A stretch of DNA of 63,669 nt, the filler included, from Dugesia japonica (Eukaryota): assembly GCA_001938525.1 (NCBI GenBank). It is 5 parts of 5 records of this genome, joined end to end, with 100 filler letters (N's around TTAATTAATTAA, not from the genome) between each part and the next. Parts side by side here need not be neighbours in the genome. Positions count along the whole stretch, not along the records: positions 1 to 14,005 come from MQRL01610658.1; 4 more parts are not named here. One strand, 5' to 3'. A model generated the notes under the pieces. The model worked only from the letters and a program-made list of their open reading frames with translations, was not told the origin of the DNA and ran no database searches. The translations under genes were made by a program, and so were the position numbers. Shown here in pieces: positions 1 through 12,244 of the stretch (position 1 is its first letter; every line of letters starts with the position of its first letter).

Positions 1-423
1 TTATATAAATACAGTAGCCATTTAAATTATTTTATAATGTAATTTGAAAATAATTTTCTATTTTTGGTGAAAAATAATTCTGTTTTTACAATTCAGATTT
101 TTTACACTATTTTCGATCAGTATCTTCGCTTGGAAAACAAAGAAACTATCAAAATTCTCAGAAAAAATATTGTTTCATCAAAAATTGCTCCTCAAACAAT
201 CTGAAAAATATGTCAATAAAGAAAATTTTGGAAAAACCTTAATGATAAACTGTATATATCTTGATTAATTATGTTTATTCAATTTATGTTAGTTTAGTTT
301 TATAAAATATTATTTGTTAATAGAATAATAATTCTCACTCGTGCACCTTTACTTCGGGTTCCTTATTTTCCCTTATTCAAAATTAACAAANTATGGAGAC
401 TAAAGTTTATTAATGTTTAAAAT

Positions 424-786
424 TTACAAAAGATCTAAAGCACTCGGGTCAAACCACTGGGCCAAATCGACATCTAAAAAATTAAAGGCAGCCTCATCAT
501 CATTGTCATTCCAATGGATCCATGCTGGGTTACCAAGTTGTCTCGATAGGTCAGCGATATAACGCTTCAAAAATTCCACCTTGTGTTGTAAGAGCTGCTT
601 TGTTTGTTCGTTTACGTCGTTTTGCTTTTTCACAATCAGGTCAAGTTTTTTGATTAGTTTGTTACGTTGAGAAAGGTGTTTTAACAGAGTCCTCTCATTT
701 TGTCTCTTGACATGGCACTCTATTAATAATTTCTGTATCAGGTGATGACACCGTTTTAGGCTAGTTGGGAGTCGGATCCGGGGCAC
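424..786 (-). CDS. Orphan 120-aa ORF/terminal exon (helical, coiled-coil-like middle; acidic/aromatic C-terminus)
   Basis: Uninterrupted frame with elevated GC. Begins at a polypyrimidine-AG acceptor (tttcttgtttag|tgccc). No recognisable family. Confidence 0.35.
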   Translation of the reverse strand: MPRIRLPTSLKRCHHLIQKLLIECHVKRQNERTLLKHLSQRNKLIKKLDLIVKKQNDVNEQTKQLLQHKVEFLKRYIADLSRQLGNPAWIHWNDNDDEAAFNFLDVDLAQWFDPSALDLL

Positions 787-1013
787 TAAACAAGAAATTA
801 TTAACTTTTACTACTTCTTAACCGTAATGATCCCTTAGATATTAGATAACAACAAATAATTAGTTAAGAATACAAAAAGATTTATTAAAATAAATTTATA
901 ATTAAATGATATCACGAGCGTGCCGTCTGCGTGCTCTTATCGACCATTATTGGTTCGAGGGGCATCGCTGTTTTTAATTTTAGAATATTACTGACCATTT
1001 TATTCCCACGGTC

Positions 1014-1270
1014 TTAGTAGAAACGGATAATTTCTATGAAAGACTCTATTTGAGCCTTCCAAACTCTCTCATGGGTATGGGATGCTTCGGCTTCGGTTTT
1101 AAAAGCCATACACTTATTTTTATACCTTTTGATCTTGCTGTTGGCGTTCGCAATATTGGCTCCCCAGCGACGTTTGGTGAGTTTATAAACGTCCCAGGTC
1201 ATATCTAAGTTCTCACTGGACTCACGGACTTTCTTGGTCGGGGCCTGCGATCTATTTAATGAAGAGTGCG
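1014..1270 (-). CDS. Orphan basic ORF/terminal exon
   Basis: Frame of ORF 1014-1202 stays open upstream to the acceptor tttttttctag|cg (HSSLNRSQAPTKKVRESSENLDMTWDVYK...). No recognisable family. Confidence 0.3.
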
Positions 1271-4200
1271 CTAGAAAAAAAACATTACCTATTAAAACAC
1301 ATTTAAGTTAAGGAATTAAATCTGCAAAGAAAATTAACTCCAAATTCTTATCTACTTGCTTTTACTAATACCCTTCAATAAAAAATGTCAAGAGATCATA
1401 CTAAATTAAATTTTACACACAGAATCTAATCTGATCTATGGTGTTGTGTTTGTAGAGTAAAGGGCATTATTTTCGGCCGACCCACCACTTGCACTATTAC
1501 GCAAGTCCCACAGAGTATTGCCCAAGTCCGCGTGCAGCCTAGTATTGGGTGGCAGGTGTGCAGCAGACAAAAGCACTATTCTGGGCCATTCCTCCACTCG
1601 CTAGGAGTTTCTCCGGTTGTTGCATCTGTTACTATGGTACAATGGAGCGCTTCCTGTGTGCGATCGGGGCCTCTACATTTGTAAAAGGCTTGACGTTCGG
1701 ATGTAGCTAATTCTCTTTTCGTTTTCCGCATCCATGGCAGACATGTTGGTATAGTCGGTAAGGACACCCGCAATACGATCATGTGGGTTCCAATATCTTT
1801 TAAAAACGACCCTATCGGTTCGACGATGGTATAAGGTTTCCCATACAAATTTTATTCTAAATAAATATGAAAGCAAAGTTTTATTTATTTTACGACTATT
1901 TTAGTGCAAAAATTAAAATTATTAAAAACCAAAGATATAACTCTCCAATCTTCTATATCAATTTTATTTTAAATAATTATTAGAAAAAGAAAAACGATGA
2001 GCATTCCCCTTCATATCCACGTAGGTACTTCTTCAACGTCTAAATTTGCCGAAACCACCGAGGGGAAATTTTTTAACCCTTGGTTCTATGATTAATTGGA
2101 GCAGAGATATTGGTGAAAAACTGTTTTTCATCTAATTTACATTTATTTTTAGTTTATAATTAATTAATATTTTCTGGNNNNNNNNNNNNNNNNNNNNNNN
2201 NNNNNNNTGGTCTTTCTTAATAATTTAATAATTCCTTTTAATTATTTTTATTGATGCCCGTTAGCTTGTTCCAACGAGGTCTTTATTTTTCTGTTTCTTC
2301 CTTATTTTGATCTTTTAACAGTTATTTACTTCATTTTTGGCTATAAAGATTATTCTTGATGGATTTCCCTGTGNNNNNNNNNNNNNNNNNNNNNNNNNNN
2401 NNNNNNNNNNNNNNNNNNNNNNNNNNNNNNNNNNNNNNNNNNNNNNNNNNNNNNNNNNNNNNNNNNNNNNNNNNNNAAAACCAAAAAATAGAAAAGATAC
2501 AGGAAAATTATCATATTACCACAAAGGTTAGTTATTGGAAAACAATGCAAAAAAAATAAAAACGATATTGTAAAGAAAATCAATTTGGGTAAAAATAAAA
2601 TGTCTGTTACAAATTAATTTTAATTCTGCACTCAATATAATAATAATAATAGCAATGTTATTTACTATTTTAAGCAGCANCTTAAAAATAAAAAATCAGA
2701 ATTTTCATCGAGCATTCAAATTCCCACCAAATTCAGGTTTTCGTTTGCGATAAACAAGGAAGTCGCCATTTTATTAGCCAAATTCTTTGGTAATTTAAAT
2801 AAATTTTTTAATTCTAAAATTAAGCCTCCTGGATGGATGAGAAGATAAAATTAATCTTGCTACTGTTATATCTCGAATTAAAAATGAGATTATACCAATT
2901 TAATTGTTAGGAGAATCTGATGTCGTTATTCCTATGGCTTCAAAAAGTAAAAGAATATAGTGCCAATTTAATGAGAAGACAGAGAGGAGGTGTTATCGTT
3001 TAACATTTTGCATTGGCCTACGTCAGACGAAAGTCATTTATTGTTCTACATTGTAATACGGAACGAATGNTATCGTTTAATATAACATTACCAAAATGAT
3101 TCGGTTAACGTAAAGAGAAAAAATATGGTATCAGAAAGACAACGCTGCACTCCAGGATTTTTAAAGGTCGTCTGGCCCAGTTTTAAATATTATTTGATTG
3201 GTCGAAAAATAGGTGTACTCATTTTTAAGCGAATTGATTGGTTAAACATTTTTAAGGTTCAGTGGCCAAGATCTTGATTGGTTGAAAGTTTTTTTTCAAG
3301 TCGACAGGCTTCGAATGGTCGAAATTTTCAAATGTTCTGATTGATTGGAATTTTATTTTTTGTGTGCCGATAACATAACCGTCAATTGTCGATGACATTA
3401 TCATTACGTGATCACCAAACATTTAATTTCTTGTTTAAATTAAATGAAATTAATGATTTTTTTTAAATTAAAAGGAATTATTGACCTTTTTTTTAATCAA
3501 GTGAAACGTATGATATTTTGTTTAAATTGGTTGATTTTTAAGATTTATTGTTAAAATTGTCAGAATTTTATAATATTTTAGTGAAAACTGACGGAAGTTT
3601 CATTTTTTGTTTAAATTAACCAAAATATTCAAATTAATAAGTAGTTAAGTGAAATTCTCCTCAGCAAAATTAACATTAATCGCTCCTCGGCAAAATTAAT
3701 GTTAAAAGTAATTTTTTGTTAGATATTTATTGTTGTCTTATTATTTTTATTTTTTTTAAGGTGAATAAATCGATTTTTTCTTTTTTTGTGTCGGTATCTT
3801 TCTTTTTAGTGATAAAAATCTTTTTTAATTAACAGCTTTTCTCTCGAATANTAATTGCTACTGTCCCAGATAATACACAATTCTGCGAGGAAAATAANTA
3901 TTAAATTTTATGCTTAAGTAAAATTTTTATCAATATTATCATAAAGCATTATTTTCATACATTGTTTTGTTTTCATTCAATACCATTACATTACTTTATC
4001 GAATATGTACAGTCAAGCAGTTGCTTCGACCGTTCACATACGGTTTACTACCTACTGTTAGCATCCAACCAATTCCGTCCATAATTGAACTTATCGATTA
4101 GCTTGCGTAGTTTTAACTAGGCTTTACTCGATTACAGTATGTGTATCTCGGGCAGCAGTGCTACTGACCGTTCAGATTTGGTCTAAGTTGTACATTGCAT

Positions 4201-4652
4201 CAACTGTCTAACTTTTATAAGTTAAAAACAGTTAGTCATCAGCGCCAATATTTGGCAAGACATAGATATGGCAAAATCATTACAAAAAGTTTTTAATAAA
4301 ACAAAATCTTTAAATTAAAAATTAATTCCTTATTATTTTTATAGTTCATAAAAATTCAAAAAAGAATTTCATATTTTCAATAACATTGATCACAATTCAT
4401 AATAGGTTTTCATATTTTCAATAATTCCTAATAGGTTTCAAGAAATTTAGTTTATAATTATTTCATAAATAATATAAAATCAAATTAAAATTAAAACATA
4501 ATTAAAAAATAAAATGCTTACTTATAAATTGATTGACAAAAATGATGATGAAATAATATGTGCATCTTGCTTATTTATGCAATCGATACACATACTATTT
4601 CATTCCGGACATATTTTATTAATAGGACGAAACAAAAAATTATTTCTATATA

Positions 4653-7025
4653 CAATGTACTCTTAATTATCTGTGCCGTTTGCGGATTATTTGTGCCAGA
4701 AAATAAATATATTTTAATTCATATTTAATTTGATTGATTTTTTTCTATTACGATTATAAGACGCATTAATGAATTATTCACATATGTTTGATTATTTTTA
4801 ATTACTATCTGTGTGATATTAATTTTCTTGTTATATGTAATCTCAAAAATTCATATTTTAGCTTTACATATCTGTATCGTTTAAAAATGGAGAAAGAACG
4901 ATTAACAAAAAAAAATTAACGAAAGAAAATTTTACTAACGATTGAAAGATTCGAAAAAGAAAAATCCACGTCAAAACTTTCCAAAGAATATGGAATTGGT
5001 ATTCAAACTGGTCAAGATATAGTCAAACAAAAAAATAAGTTAGAGGCGTTTTCTAGAAATTGTGATAGTTCTGCAGGTCCTTCGAAACGAAAGAGTATGA
5101 AAACGTCGAAATTCGAAGATTTGGATGCAGCAATGCTAATATGGTTCAATCAAAAACGAGCAGAGGGAATACCAATTAGCGGGCAAATGTTCATCGAAGC
5201 AACAAAGACAATTTCATGAAAATCTAGGAATTAAAGAAAGTTTCAACGCCTTGTCAGGCTGGATGACGAGGTTTAAATAGCGACACGGGATTCGTCAGCT
5301 TACAATTCGGGGAGAACGTCTCAGTTCAAATGCTGAAGCTATTGACGAATTCTGTGTCGAATTTCAAAAATATTTGCAAAGAGAAAATTTACAACCTGGT
5401 CAAATTTATAATGCAGATAAAACTGACTTGTAATGGAAAAAATCGCTAGCTTCGATGAGAGAAAAGTCCGCTCCTGGATATAAATCGTTTAAAGAAAGAA
5501 TAACTCCTATGTGTTGTGGAAATGCATCAGAAACTCGTAAAAGGAAACTTTTAGTGTTTGGAAAACCACGATCATTTAAGGGAACTGAAATAAAAAATCT
5601 TCCAGCCAATTATTATAGTCAGAAAGGGACATGGATGGACAGGCAAATTTTCGAAGATCGGTTCAAAAGGAAATGGGTCCCATAAGTGCAATTATTTTTG
5701 AAAAATGAGGGATTGCAACAGAAAGAAATTTTGCTATTAAATAATTATCTTTATTATCCGAATGAAAGCATATTGATGACAAAAGATGGATTTACAAAAT
5801 GATTACAAAATTTTTGTCCCATAATATTACATCGCTGATTCAACCCATGTTATATTGTTGAGATGTCTTTGGGATTTCACAAAGGCAAATCAATGATTTT
5901 TAACGTGAGCTATATTAACTTATTTTTAAAATGAAATCCAGTTAATTTTTCACTTATAATTACTTCCAATATCTTAATATGTTTGATATATAAAACAATA
6001 TATTTATAAATAAACTATATAGTCACCTTAAATAAGAGACAAAAATTTACTTTTAAAATTTTATTGTTAAGCAAATATCGCACTATATTATTGTGCGTTA
6101 AGATTTCTTTCTCTGGGTCTGTTACTATAAGTATTAGACCTCACTGTGAACTAAAATTTTTAGGGCGAATAAAATAAAATTATGACGACTATTTATCCTA
6201 TTTGATCATGCATACAAAAGTCATAAAATCAAAATATTCCATAAAATATTCCATTAAATAAATAAAAAATATTTACAACATTATAAATCAAAATATTTCA
6301 TAAAATATTCCATTAAATAAATAAAAATTATTTACAGGTAATTTTTTTCAAAATAAAATTACGTACTTTTATAAAAGTTTTATAAAATCCAAATGATGCA
6401 AAATCGATCGTCAAATATAAACATAATAAAATTTTTAAAGTCCAATGAAACAAGATCGATAATCGTAATATACATTATCGTCAAATATAGACATAATCAA
6501 AAATTAAAATCAATATACACAATTTTTTTGGATGTTTCAATAAATATAAAATCTTTTTGAATTGAAAATCTAGAAATATAAAGTCTTTTAAATTGTTTAG
6601 ATTGATTGCTTTGCTCGGTTGAATTCGTTGGATTGATTGTTTTGTTCGGTTTCTGGCTTATCTTTATTGGGTTGATTTTTTGTGTTTTATTATTGTATGT
6701 ATGTATGCTTGTTCTATTTTAGTGTCTGCTTTCTCCAACAATATCATCAATGAAACGTCTTTATCATCAAAAAATTCTGAAAACTCTTGTAGAGGAAGAT
6801 GAAAAAATGACAGTATTGGATGCTGTACATGGGATAGCACAATCTTGGTCAAAAGTAAAGCCAAAAACACTCGTTCGATCATGGAGAAAGATTCTTCCTG
6901 ATATAAAAATTTTTAATGGATTCGGAAGAGAATGAAGAAATTTGTATCTGAATTGTGTGGATTATGTGAAAATTTTAATTTTTTTAAAGACATCTACAAG
7001 GAAAACATAGAGGAGTGGATTATAT
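4653..7025 (+). mobile_element. Decayed Tigger/pogo DNA transposon, interrupted by a solo LTR
   Basis: TA-CAATGTACTC.. left end. From ~4887 it reads psq-type HTH (SKLSKEYGIGIQT), CENP-B HTH (DAAMLIWFNQKRAEGIPISG, SGWMTRFK*RHGI) and DDE motifs (IYNADKT, CCGNAS, SLIQPM). It resumes at 6745 (SMKRLY..AQSWSKVKPKTLVRSWRK). Stops and frameshifts present. Confidence 0.9.
5856..6740. mobile_element. Solo LTR (885 bp) with 4-bp ATAT target-site duplication
   Basis: Termini TGTTGAGA...TCTCCAACA (imperfect inverted, TG..CA). ATAT at 5852-5855 and 6741-6744. Splits the Tigger transposase just after QPM. Confidence 0.8.
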
Positions 7026-7199
7026 TGATAAATTGTCATCTATTTTAAATAGTTCTCAATTTTTGAAAAATAATCATTTNNNNNNNNTGCTAAATTTTCA
7101 CCTTTAAAAGACAAAGAATAATTAATTTCTTTGCTAAATGAATTGGTAAAAAAAAATATGACTAAAGATATATTTCCGAAATTAAGTTCTAGAGTTCTA

Positions 7200-8230
7200 T
7201 GCGGCAAGTGTTTTAGTATTTTTTTGTGGTTTTAGTTGGGAAAATGTTTCAGGCTTTTTAAGCAGCAATAATGTTTAGGCTTTTTAGTTGATAATATTTT
7301 CGGTGAGGTCAAATGAGGTCAATTTTTTATTGGTTCAGGTGAATTTGGTCAAATGTTTCCTCGGTTTTGGATAGTTTGGATAATTTTTGGGTGATTCGGT
7401 CAATTATTTACTCGGTTTATTCAATATTGGTCAAATATTTACTTGGGATTGTTTAGTTTGGGTAATTTTTGTCCGTTTTGGTCAAACTTTTCCTCGAGAT
7501 TGGTAATTTTTGGGTGATTTAGCTGACATTGGTTGACATTTTTCGTGTTGAGGTCGAATAAGGTCAAGTTTTAGTTTGTTCAGGTGAATTTGGTCGAATT
7601 TTTCCTCGGGTTTGATCAGTTTGGGCAAACTTGGTCGGTTTTAAATAATTTTTAAGTGATTTGTTGAATATTTCTTCAGGANTGGTCAATTTTGGTAATT
7701 TTTGATTGGTTTAAGTGATTTTTGTCCTAAATTTCCTTGGTGAGGTCGAATAAGATCAGTTTTTAGTTGGTTCAGATGAATTTGGTCCAATATTACCTCA
7801 GGATTGTTCGGTTTAGGTATTGTTAGTCAATTTTTTACTCGGTATGGGTAAACTTGGTTAATTATTTGCTCACAAAGGTATTTTATATGTGAATTTGGTC
7901 AATTATTTTCTCGGGAATGGTCAATTTTGGTCAGTTTTGGATGATTTGGTCAATTTTTTTCCTCACAAGGCTAAGTTTTAGGAGAATTTGAATGATAATT
8001 TACTTGCCTAGTCAGTTAGGTTGAATTTTAAGGAAATTTATGTGAAGAGTTGAAGTTGTATAAATTTCCGAGTTTTTTAAAATTGTTTTTATGGGAATTA
8101 GGGCAAGCCGATCATGTTGTTTAAATAATATGAAAATTTTAAATTTTTAGAATTTGTGAGTCCTTGAGGAACATAAAAATAAGACGATAATTTATTCGGT
8201 GAGGTCAATTTTGACTGTTATTTTAGATCA
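7200..8230. repeat. Degenerate TTTGGTCAA-rich tandem repeat array
   Basis: Many ~10-bp ttggtcaa/tttggt units plus longer recurring blocks (gaggtcgaataaggtcaa). A reverse-complement homologue lies at 13790-14005. Confidence 0.7.
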
Positions 8231-8497
8231 AATTTTATTCCTTACAAATCAACAGACAACAATACTCTGCACTCTGTTCACTAGTACTCAGTCATCAGTA
8301 CTCTNNNNNNNNNNNNNNNNNNNNNNNNNNNNNNNNNNNNNNNNNNNNNNNNNNNNNNNNNNNNNNNNNNNNNNNNNNNNNNNNNNNNNNNNNNNNNNNN
8401 NNNNNNNNNNNNNNNNNNNNNNNNNNNNNNNNNNNNNNNNNNNNNNNNNNNNNNNNNNNNNNNNNNNNNNNNNNNNNNNNNNNNNNNNNNNNNNNNT

Positions 8498-9900
8498 AAT
8501 GGTTTTAGCTTTCTAGATTATTTTAATTAGTGTTCTATTTTTATCGTTAAAATTTAATTAAAGTTTAATTTATAATATAAATGTTTTATTAAGATTGAAT
8601 AAATGAAATTATTTGTAACTATTTATTGAAATTATGGCAAATAATATTGATTGACTAAATTAAATATGATGAGCAAGCAAAGAAACTAATGCGCAGATGA
8701 GAAGCAAGCAAATTGCGAAGAATTTTATAGAATGGAAAACATATATTTCACAAGATAAACTTATTATTTTCATGTTGAAACCTTAATTGAACTCAAATTC
8801 TAATGGACTTATTCCTTTATCCAATAAAGTAAACCATGAGTTATTATTATCAATTAAAACTTATTACATATATATAAAATAAAATATAGGAAAATCCGCC
8901 AAAATATGGGGAAATTGAGCAAACTATAGGGAAATCGGCTAAAATAGGGTAAATAGAGTAAAAAAAAAGGTGAAATATGGTAAAATAGGCTAAATGAAGT
9001 GACCATAGAGGTAAAATATGAATAAAATATGGTAAAATAGGGTTATTATGGTAAACCCAGTGATAAATATGATAAAGCCTAGCTTGCACATTGGTTTCTT
9101 TGCTTGTTCCTTGGTTTTCATGGGTTTCATTTTCTTTTAAACACCTAATTATCAGTGACCGTTTTAGTAAAATCAAACTTTAGACTATAACGTAAGCATT
9201 ATTATATGGTTTTAATATGGAAAATATGAGTTCCATCATAGAAAAATGATTGACTTATCATAGAAAATATAAATTTTACCATTAGAAAATTTGAGTTTGG
9301 ACATAGAAAATATTTAATAGAGTAAATCTAGTCACTAATTATACTACATTTATTTTATACATTGTCATTTAATATGCTTAATTTGTCTAATTTTATCAAT
9401 TTTTACTTAATTCCCCACCATTTCTCATACTTCAGTCATTTTCGATCATTTACCCTATATTTACCTGATTTACCCCTATTTAGCTACATTTAGTTATATA
9501 ATCCCCGTATTTTCCACAATTTCCCATCATTTCCCACTATTTAGCTATATTTAACCATATTTTCATTATTTTGCATTTGGATTTAATGCATATTTTCATA
9601 GACCTCACTTCAATAATCTTTAAAAATTATCATATATTAATAAATGTAGACAATAAAACTGAGTGAGACCTAGTATGATATGCTTTTTATTTAAAATAAT
9701 ATAACTATTTCAGTATATGTTAATCATCTGATTATCCTTCTGCTTCTTTGCTTGCTCCTTACTAATCCTGCTTGCTCTTTTGTTTTATAGGTTTCTTTAT
9801 TCAATTTGATAACCAATATTTAAGTTGGTTAACCAATATTGTATTGCTTTAAGTTAGAAAAATGAACAAGACTGAGAAGAAGCTAATGCTAATGATGAAA
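8498..9900. mobile_element. Foldback-like non-autonomous element with long imperfect inverted arms
   Basis: gagcaagcaaagaa (8670) mirrors ttctttgcttgctc (9744). Purine-rich aaaataggg repeats (8870-9070) mirror ccctattt repeats (9400-9570). Confidence 0.55.
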
Positions 9901-10023
9901 AGAAAGAGTGAGATAGTATTATCAAATTTACATGAAGTCAAATAATTTTATCTGAAATTAACATGATTGAAAANNNNNNNNNNNNNNNNNNNNNNNNNNN
10001 NNNNNNNNNNNNNNNNNNNNNNN

Positions 10024-10307
10024 TTTTTTCAAATTGATGAAAATTTACTAGAACTTTTTTCTAATCGTTGAAAAATTACACAAACTTTTAAAACATTCTT
10101 GAAAATTTACTAGAAATTTTTTAAAACTAGTCAAAATTTATATGAACCTTTCTAAAACTAGTCAAAATTTACAGGAACTTTTCTAAACCTTGTTAAAATA
10201 TACAGAAACTTTTTAATCATCATTGCAAATTTACAGGAATATTTTAATCATCATTGAAAATTTCCACAAACTTTTCTAAAGTTAGTTAAAATTTACATAA
10301 ACTTTTC
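10024..10307. repeat. Minisatellite, ~31-bp unit (aaaatttacaggaacttttctaaaactagtc-like)
   Basis: About nine degenerate tandem copies are visible. Confidence 0.75.
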
Positions 10308-11290
10308 TGTAATAATAACTCTAATACTGACAAGTGACTATATACAATCTGCCTATTGTTCACTCAATCAATTGTAATTTGATTGTATTATTAATCAAAC
10401 TAAATAATTCAGTCAATCATTCACATATTTTCCACCTAAATATAATAAAATATAGGTTCATTTTAACTAATGTACATTATTCACCTATTAATCATACTTA
10501 GAGTTATGCATTCTTCAACATCAGATTTCATAATACAGTAATGAAAATTCAAATGTAACACGCTTAGCCAAGATTTATTATATTATTAAAACAAGTGACT
10601 TATTAATTTAATTAATACTGCACCGTAACTTTTCCCTTCTTTAAGAAACTGTCCACTTCTTTAACCATTCTATTCTTCGTTGTATTTTTCCATCTTTACA
10701 TTTGAGTTCCACTTGATGAGGAGAAATATATATAATTATCTGAAATGGTCTTTCATATGTAAAATCATTTTTCTTTTTCTTATGGGGTTCTACTCGTACC
10801 AAAACCCTCTCTCCGTCCTTAAAACTCCGAGATCCTCTTTTTTCGTTTTCGAAAACATTCATTTTTATAGCAGCTTTTTCTAAATTTATCTTAGCTTTAC
10901 CAATTATTTCTGTTTTACCGGTTTCTGAATTGTTATATTTAGAATGAATGTTTATTTTCCAGCCAAAAACTGTTTCAAAAGGAGAAAATTTAGTCGAATT
11001 TTGTTGAATTGCATTAATACTGAATTCAATTCTTGGCAGTAATTCAAACTAAGTCCTTTCTTTGCATTAACTTTTTATTGATATTGTCATAATATCTCGT
11101 ACAATTCGTATCACGCATTCTACCAAACCATTTGATTGGTGTTGATAAGGTGAGGTGAACTCTTGTATTATATTCAGTTTTGATATCTTTTCTTTTATAA
11201 AATTACTTTCAAAGTTTTTTCCTCTGTCTGTCAAAATACTGATTGGCTTTCCATAACTATATATCCAAGTATTCAAAATAATTTGAATAC
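10308..11290 (-). mobile_element. Gypsy/Ty3 remnant: integrase C-terminal half, PPT and 3' LTR
   Basis: YGKPISILTDRGKNFES, TSPYQHQSNGLVE and a GPY/F-like motif (YERPFQII). Purine tract agaagggaaaag follows the stop at 10641. An LTR-like segment ~10628-10308 ends in TTACA. Confidence 0.85.
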
Positions 11291-11659
11291 AGATTAAAAG
11301 TCTAGATACTAGGTTTACTTCTAGGGTCAAGATGATAAGATTTTATACTTCTATATTCAGACGGTTTAAGCTTTATTAATGTTAGAGGAGTGGATGTCAG
11401 ATTTATATTTTTATGCTTGCTATGTTCATGATTGCTTGAGTTTGGTTTTGATTATTTGATTTCAGTATCTCTGTAATTAAATAAAATTATATAAAACTTT
11501 TCGACGAACAGACTGGTATGCTCTGCTGAGTCTTTATAGTCTTTATTACTTACTGGGATAGTTATATATAAATAAAAATACGTATAAATATAAGTATATG
11601 ATTTTATAATTTGTGTTTGATATTTAGTATTCTGTCTATTAAACACGAAGGTCGTTACA
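11291..11659. mobile_element. Truncated LTR-like segment
   Basis: Terminal TGTAACGACC on the minus strand at 11659 abruptly cuts the upstream coding frame. The segment is non-coding. Confidence 0.4.
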
Positions 11660-12244
11660 ATGTCGATAATGTTGTCTTTTACATTTGTATTTTTTGTAAA
11701 TTTGCACGCCTGAGACGATGAGTGCTATAGAAAATAGGACTATCCCTGTTTTTAATATAACAAACGGCATATTCTCAAATCAATTTATCTTTATTTTTGG
11801 AGTAATCGTTCCTATTTCTGAATATTGCTGTTGAGCATTTTCTTTCTCCACATCATTATTTTTATGACTGATATCTATAATTTCTACTTCTTCCTCAAAT
11901 TAGTTTTTGGTTGTTGTTATCTTTCTAGTAGTAATAATATTGGATCCAGTNNNNNNNNNNNNNNNNNNNNNNNNNNNNNNNNNNNNNNNNNNNNNNNCTT
12001 AATTTGCACTTTAAATTCAGTATCTGGATGTAATGATGCAAATCTCAAGATTTGTCTATTTTTGTTTTGTTGTTCATATGTATCTCTAATGGGTACTATG
12101 CAATCCTTCCTGTTGCCATTCGAGATACATATATGATGGTCCTACCATTGCTTTGGTTGTTGATTTATCATATGCTGATATCCAGAGAGCTTTTGTTTCG
12201 TAACCAGAACAACATTGAATCAAAAAGAGAATTGTGATGGCCAT
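11660..12244 (-). pseudogene. env-position ORF: signal peptide + FN3-like domain + stalk + TM helix, fused in frame to Gypsy integrase
   Basis: MAITILFLIQCCSG; VGPSYMYLEW...ILRFASLHPDTEFKVQIK...SNIITT; TM FVILKTGIVLFSIALIVSGVQI followed by YKKYKCKRQ. One frameshift, two stops and a 47-N gap. Confidence 0.6.

Noticed and set aside
8850-9176. Hydrophobic 108-aa ORF
   Set aside because: Translation of a minisatellite arm.
7200-10307. CRISPR-like periodicity
   Set aside because: Eukaryotic context; degenerate tandem units without unique spacers or cas genes.
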